From: a virus
Lineage: Duplodnaviria > Caudoviricetes
Strand: one strand, 5' to 3'
Length of the DNA: 64,000 bases
Virus record (IMG/VR): IMGVR_UViG_3300028886_000028
Coordinates: 64,001-128,000 of that record
Position numbers and translations under genes: made by a program. Of this stretch, positions 59,720 to 64,000 are shown in pieces. Every line of letters begins with the position of its first letter. Position 1 is the stretch's first letter. The notes under the pieces were generated by a model. That model was given only the letters and a program-made list of their open reading frames with translations, was not told the DNA's origin and made no database searches.

Positions 59720-60307
59720 ATGAATAAGAAACTTATAAGATTAACAGAAAGTGACCTTCACAAAATTGTGAAAGAGTCAGTTAGGAAAGTGTTGGCAGAA
59801 GCAGACCCACGCTCATGGGATGCGGTTGCAAGAAGATATGACCAAACAGACCCACAGAAGGCTGCGTATGCAAGACAACGTGGAGTTCAACAATGGAATA
59901 AACAGTTCGGAGGCGATGTGAGGATGAATAATGATGGAAGCCTTGAAGATGTTGGAGAAATACATCCAGTTCCATTTCGTGATTCTGAAGTCAATGCCCC
60001 ATTTAGTATGAGTAGATTTCAAAGTGATGTAGTTTCAAATGAACCAAAATATAGTGGGTGGGGAAGAACAAAATATACTCCAAATATGGATGGGACATTT
60101 GATTTAGAGCATAATGACTACACAAGATTATCAAAAAATGGTATGGAAAGGGAATTTGATGGTACAAGAGTAGCAAAAGAAAATCCTACTAAAGTAAATT
60201 ATCAGCAAGACGTGCCATTTGGTAATTATAGCAGACGTTTTAATGTTGCAAGTCAAATGAAAACAGGTAATGGTGTTTACGACAAAACAAGAGGTGGATG
60301 GCAATAA
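59720..60307 (+). CDS. Hypothetical protein with leader MNKKLIRLTESDLHKIVKESVRKVLAEA
   Basis: Own TATTTAT (59688) and terminator (60377). Confidence 0.75.
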   Translation: MNKKLIRLTESDLHKIVKESVRKVLAEADPRSWDAVARRYDQTDPQKAAYARQRGVQQWNKQFGGDVRMNNDGSLEDVGEIHPVPFRDSEVNAPFSMSRFQSDVVSNEPKYSGWGRTKYTPNMDGTFDLEHNDYTRLSKNGMEREFDGTRVAKENPTKVNYQQDVPFGNYSRRFNVASQMKTGNGVYDKTRGGWQ

Positions 60308-60376
60308 TTAAGCAGCCACAAGTCCAACCTTAATCTCATACCACTTACGAACTAAGCCAATCGACTTGTCGAACAT

Positions 60377-60409
60377 ATGGGCGAATCTCTCTGATTCGCT
60401 CATTTTTTT
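60377..60409 (+). terminator. Intrinsic terminator
   Basis: ATGGGCGAATC-TCTCT-GATTCGCTCAT followed by a T run. Confidence 0.8.
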
Positions 60410-60478
60410 ATGTTCTAACGATAATTGGGTCAAACCATATATAATTACCGATAATTTTGTTTTTTTAACATTTTTTTG

Positions 60479-60486
60479 TATATTTG
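60479..60486 (+). promoter_or_regulatory. Bacteroidota-type -7 promoter element
   Basis: TATATTTG within TTTTTAACATTTTTTTGTATATTTGTAA. Confidence 0.7.
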
Positions 60487-60501
60487 TAAAAAAATATATA
60501 C

Positions 60502-61158
60502 ATGATTAATAATAGAAAAAATGATATGGTTATTGAAAGAGAAATAGCCGTGTTTTTAGACGAACATCTTTATAACAATGTTGATGTTTTTACTGAGTTT
60601 GCAAGAACTGACACATTGGATGAACAGATTGCTGGTTCTGACTTACTATTATCTACTGCCAATGGGAAATTAAATAGGTCTATAGTTGACGAAAAAGTTG
60701 CAAGTAGATATGCAAACAAAAATTTGGAAACATTTTCGCTTGAACTTTCTTTTTTAGGTAAAAAAAACGAAAAAAGATGTGGGTGGCTTTTAGACGATAC
60801 TAAAAAAACAGAATATTATTTGTTAGGATGGATAATAGAAGCAGATATACCTTATATAGAAAATAAAAAGAGATATGATACCAACCAAATTAATAGGAAT
60901 AACATAAAAAAACTTCAATGGGCATTAGTTAAAAGAGATAAAATTGTTAAATTCTTGGAAAAGAAAGGTTGGACTATTGAAAAACTTGCAAAACAAGATG
61001 AAAAAATAAGGAAACAAGGGTATGTAGCGACAAAAGAGTTTATAGATGGGATTTCTTTCAGGTATAGTGACGCTTATATTGAAAAACCAATTAATTTATT
61101 ATTAAAAAAAGAAACATATTTGGAATTAAGTGAGTTAAATGGAATTGTTTATGGATAA
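60502..61158 (+). CDS. Putative PD-(D/E)XK nuclease-fold protein
   Basis: E...Q..GSD.L...VDEKVA...F..EL...GWL pattern. Confidence 0.5.
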   Translation: MINNRKNDMVIEREIAVFLDEHLYNNVDVFTEFARTDTLDEQIAGSDLLLSTANGKLNRSIVDEKVASRYANKNLETFSLELSFLGKKNEKRCGWLLDDTKKTEYYLLGWIIEADIPYIENKKRYDTNQINRNNIKKLQWALVKRDKIVKFLEKKGWTIEKLAKQDEKIRKQGYVATKEFIDGISFRYSDAYIEKPINLLLKKETYLELSELNGIVYG

Positions 61159-61444
61159 ATTTAATTATAAAATTTACGATTATTCAAAAATTGGTATACC
61201 TAAAGAGAGAGTTTTCTATAGAAGGGCATATTCTGAGTGGGAAGTAGATTATTTGAAAAGGAATTGTTTTAATAATTTGTCTAATCAACAAATTGCGGAA
61301 AAACTAGTAGAATCTTTAAAGGATAATTTATATAATAATGGGCCTTGGGTTTATAAAGATAGCCCAAATTTTGATTTTGAGTGGGAAATAATAATGCCGG
61401 AAAAAACATTTAATTTTCATGATACAAGTAGTAAAGAAAAATAG
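61151..61444 (+). CDS. Hypothetical protein
   Basis: Short ORF coupled to its neighbours; ATG at 61151. Confidence 0.6.
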   Translation: MDKFNYKIYDYSKIGIPKERVFYRRAYSEWEVDYLKRNCFNNLSNQQIAEKLVESLKDNLYNNGPWVYKDSPNFDFEWEIIMPEKTFNFHDTSSKEK

Positions 61445-62588
61445 AGCAGACGCAAATGGCGTTAAATCTGAACAAAACATTTATACATTATTAGTTGATG
61501 GTAATTCATTGCTTAAAATGTCTTTAGTTGATAAAAGAATGAATTCAAAAGGAGAAGAATATGGGGCTGTATTTTTATTTTTGAAGCAATTAGGAAATAT
61601 TTTACAAAAAAAAGACTTTAATTTTTGCGTATGTGTATGGGATGGATATAATTCTGGTGTTTTAAGATATAATATATACAATGATTACAAAGCAAACAGA
61701 GACAAACATTACGAATTAGCTTCAGGCGTTTCTGATTATGACAAAGCAATAAATGATTATGTCAAAAAAGTTTTGAAATATAATAAATCTAGCAAAAAAG
61801 AAGTAAAAAGGATAGAAACTGACGATGAATTATTTCAAAGGCAACGTGAGATACTTCAAAACATATTAGAAAATCTTTTTGTTAGACAATTTATATATGA
61901 TGAAGTAGAAGGCGATGATTTGATAGCATATTATGTTTTACATAAAAAATCAAATGAAAAAATTGTAATTGTTAGTGGCGACAGGGATTTGACACAGTTA
62001 ATTAATGATGATGTATGCCAATATATTCCGTCTCTTAAAAAATTTGTAAGCCCAAAAAATTCAATTGAAGAGTTAGGAATTACTCACGAAAATACACTAC
62101 TTAAAAAAATACTATGTGGAGATTCATCTGATAACATAAAAGGGATAAAGGGGATTGGTGAACAAACTCTTATTAAATTGTTTCCTGAGATAAAGGATAA
62201 AAAAACCACATTAGAGGCAATTGTAGAGCGTTCAAAAGAGATACTGGAAGAGAGAAAGGCTAATAAGAAAAAACCTCTTAAATCGCTTGAAAATATTGTT
62301 AATTGTATAACTGATGGAATTCAGGGGGAAGACATTTATGAAATAAATAAGAAAATAATAGATTTATCAGAGCCATTATTAACTAAAGAAGCAATTGATG
62401 GGCTAAATGATGAAATGTATGCTCCTATGAATGTTGAAGATAGGGATATAAAAAACATATATGAGATTATAGAAGGAAATGGTATGAGTGATTTATTAGA
62501 TGAAACTAAATTCGGAAGTTTATTTGGCCTGTATGAAAGAATTATTGTAATGGAAAAAGAGTATTTTTTAAAAAATGTGAAATATTGA
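61419..62588 (+). CDS. 5'-3' exonuclease / T4 RNase H-like flap endonuclease
   Basis: LVDGNSL, WDG, YKANR, EGDDLI, SGDRDL.QL, GDSSDNIKGIKGIG. Confidence 0.92.
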   Translation: MIQVVKKNRADANGVKSEQNIYTLLVDGNSLLKMSLVDKRMNSKGEEYGAVFLFLKQLGNILQKKDFNFCVCVWDGYNSGVLRYNIYNDYKANRDKHYELASGVSDYDKAINDYVKKVLKYNKSSKKEVKRIETDDELFQRQREILQNILENLFVRQFIYDEVEGDDLIAYYVLHKKSNEKIVIVSGDRDLTQLINDDVCQYIPSLKKFVSPKNSIEELGITHENTLLKKILCGDSSDNIKGIKGIGEQTLIKLFPEIKDKKTTLEAIVERSKEILEERKANKKKPLKSLENIVNCITDGIQGEDIYEINKKIIDLSEPLLTKEAIDGLNDEMYAPMNVEDRDIKNIYEIIEGNGMSDLLDETKFGSLFGLYERIIVMEKEYFLKNVKY

Positions 62589-62621
62589 GTTAATTTTTTT
62601 TGTTTTTTAAAAAAAGTTTTG

Positions 62622-62629
62622 TATATTTG
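62622..62629 (+). promoter_or_regulatory. Bacteroidota-type -7 promoter element
   Basis: TATATTTG upstream of 62657. Confidence 0.65.
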
Positions 62630-62656
62630 CTTTGTTAAATAAAGTTAAATTTATTT

Positions 62657-62899
62657 ATGGACAGAGAAGAAATATTGAAAAAATATCAAGAAACGATTTC
62701 TTTATTATATTATAGGAATCCAAGGTTTTCTTATCATGGAGATTTTATCACTAATGAAAATGGAAAGATAGCGTTTAGGCTTATATATTACGATATTATT
62801 GATTCAGGTTATTATAAAAGTGAAATATTTAAATACGTTGATACTAAAGAGAAAGCGGTTGAATATTTTATTTATATGGCGCAGAATAGATTTTTTTAA
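62657..62899 (+). CDS. Hypothetical protein
   Basis: 80-aa ORF after a promoter. Confidence 0.6.
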   Translation: MDREEILKKYQETISLLYYRNPRFSYHGDFITNENGKIAFRLIYYDIIDSGYYKSEIFKYVDTKEKAVEYFIYMAQNRFF

Positions 62900-62934
62900 A
62901 AAATATGTTTAACATTTAATTTATTATTTAGTTT

Positions 62935-63684
62935 ATGGCTAATTTAAAAGAACAAAGTTACAAAGAAGAAAGATTTGAGTTTGCACTTTATGTTAACAAC
63001 AACATCATTTGTAAAAGGAATTTTAAAATCAATGATTTCATTGAGCATAGTATGGAATCTTTAGAATTTAAAGAGAAAGTAGATGATATTGTTAATATGG
63101 TTGACAATGATTTAAAATCTAAAAGTAGAGTTTATACGTGGTATTTCTTTAATCCTATGGAGCCTGAGTTATTTGAAGAATATGCAGGAAAACTTATTGA
63201 GCCTTGGGAGTGTACTTTTAAGTTTGAAGTATCTGACAGAAAAAAGGTAGTAATAAGTAAGATTTGGGATGGGTACGCATATCCAAAGGCAGTTAGGGAT
63301 AAAGTGGATATTAGCAACAAAGCCGTGAAGATAACATCTAAAGATGGAAGAGTTTATACTTACGACAAGGAATCGTTTTTCAAATCTAATGAAGATAGGC
63401 TATCATTTGAGCATCAGGTTTTAAAAGGAATGATTATGGATAAGTCTGATTTGTTGGCGCAAATTACAAAGCAAATTTGTGAAACATGCTCTGTACATGA
63501 TGATATGTTTAATAAGATTGGTGACTACACCATGACAGAATATTATGGTAAAGATAAGGATGGCAATCCTGTTTCTTATAATTTTAACATAGAAGCACAG
63601 AATAGGAAACTTGAAAGAAAGTGGATGAAACTTTCAGCAGAGAACGCAAAAAAGAAATTAGAGGAAGATAATAACAATAAATAA
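62935..63684 (+). CDS. Hypothetical phage protein
   Basis: 249-aa ORF directly upstream of the putative helicase. Confidence 0.75.
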   Translation: MANLKEQSYKEERFEFALYVNNNIICKRNFKINDFIEHSMESLEFKEKVDDIVNMVDNDLKSKSRVYTWYFFNPMEPELFEEYAGKLIEPWECTFKFEVSDRKKVVISKIWDGYAYPKAVRDKVDISNKAVKITSKDGRVYTYDKESFFKSNEDRLSFEHQVLKGMIMDKSDLLAQITKQICETCSVHDDMFNKIGDYTMTEYYGKDKDGNPVSYNFNIEAQNRKLERKWMKLSAENAKKKLEEDNNNK

Positions 63685-63687
63685 ATT

Positions 63688-64000
63688 ATGGCAAAAGACG
63701 CACAAACAAATAAGCTTGGTTTTCTTGGAGAAGATTTTCAATATAAATTAGTCCATGAGTTTATAGAAGATAAAGAATTTTTCAAAGATTTGTGCGACAT
63801 AATAGACCAAAACCTTTTTACTGACCCCAACCTTAAAACATTGGTTGGGGTTATGAGAGAATATTATAAAAAAGAGCAAGTGCCAGCAAATTATGATATT
63901 CTTAAAATAGCACTTGCTAATAAATCTCATAATGAAACTGAAAAGGAATATTATGATGCCATAATTGATAAAATTCATGGATTATCTTCTGAAGGTTCTA
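63688..64000 (+). CDS. N-terminus of a probable DnaB-like replicative helicase (3'-truncated)
   Basis: My translation: MAKDAQTNKLGFLGEDFQYKLVHEFIEDKEFF..L.DII..N.F....L....EYY.K...P, a DnaB/gp41 N-terminal pattern; open to the window end. Confidence 0.6.
   Translation, partial: MAKDAQTNKLGFLGEDFQYKLVHEFIEDKEFFKDLCDIIDQNLFTDPNLKTLVGVMREYYKKEQVPANYDILKIALANKSHNETEKEYYDAIIDKIHGLSSEGS

Noticed and set aside
63748-63978. Minus-strand 76-aa ORF
   Set aside because: It is antisense to the plus-strand helicase-like ORF starting at 63688, which the ORF track missed because it runs off the window.
1-64000. Stop-codon reassignment (TAG or TGA recoding as in Lak or some crAss-like phages)
   Set aside because: Long core genes are intact in code 11, and TAG and TGA end genes at sensible boundaries (e.g. 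12119, 30684, 49267, 19329).
1-64000. CRISPR array, tRNA or rRNA genes
   Set aside because: I saw no regularly spaced repeats or cloverleaf motifs, and intergenic gaps are short and AT-rich. A tRNAscan or CRISPR-finder run would confirm.

Overview
AT-rich segment of a large (jumbo-type) T4-like myophage genome, read in the standard genetic code. The host is probably a Bacteroidota species, inferred from TAnnTTTG -7 promoters in front of the replication genes. Core replication genes: family B DNA polymerase, SNF2 helicase, gp32-like SSB, thymidine kinase, UvsX/RecA, 5'-3' exonuclease/RNase H, and the start of a DnaB-like helicase. Core structural genes: tail fibre-like protein, neck gp13/gp14/gp15-like proteins, sheath, tube, baseplate hub, tape measure, and a baseplate protein with lysozyme and amidase domains. 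The most striking feature is a dispersed family of about 12 mostly late-promoter genes sharing an N-terminal 'KKIIRLTESDLH..I.ESV..IL.E'-like leader rich in [ILV]-x-E sites. The leader is fused to unrelated payloads: PARP-like ADP-ribosyltransferases, another ART-like protein, a protein kinase, an AEP-like enzyme and unknowns. This suggests a capsid-targeted, protease-matured cargo arsenal. Within it, a PARP-like plus ArdC-N-like gene pair occurs twice, about 40 kb apart. Also noted: palindromic bidirectional late promoters, a probable frameshift upstream of the tape measure, two domain-swapped glycosyltransferases, a tail-tube paralog and a zero-gap divergent gene pair. All functional calls come from motif reading only; no database search was run.
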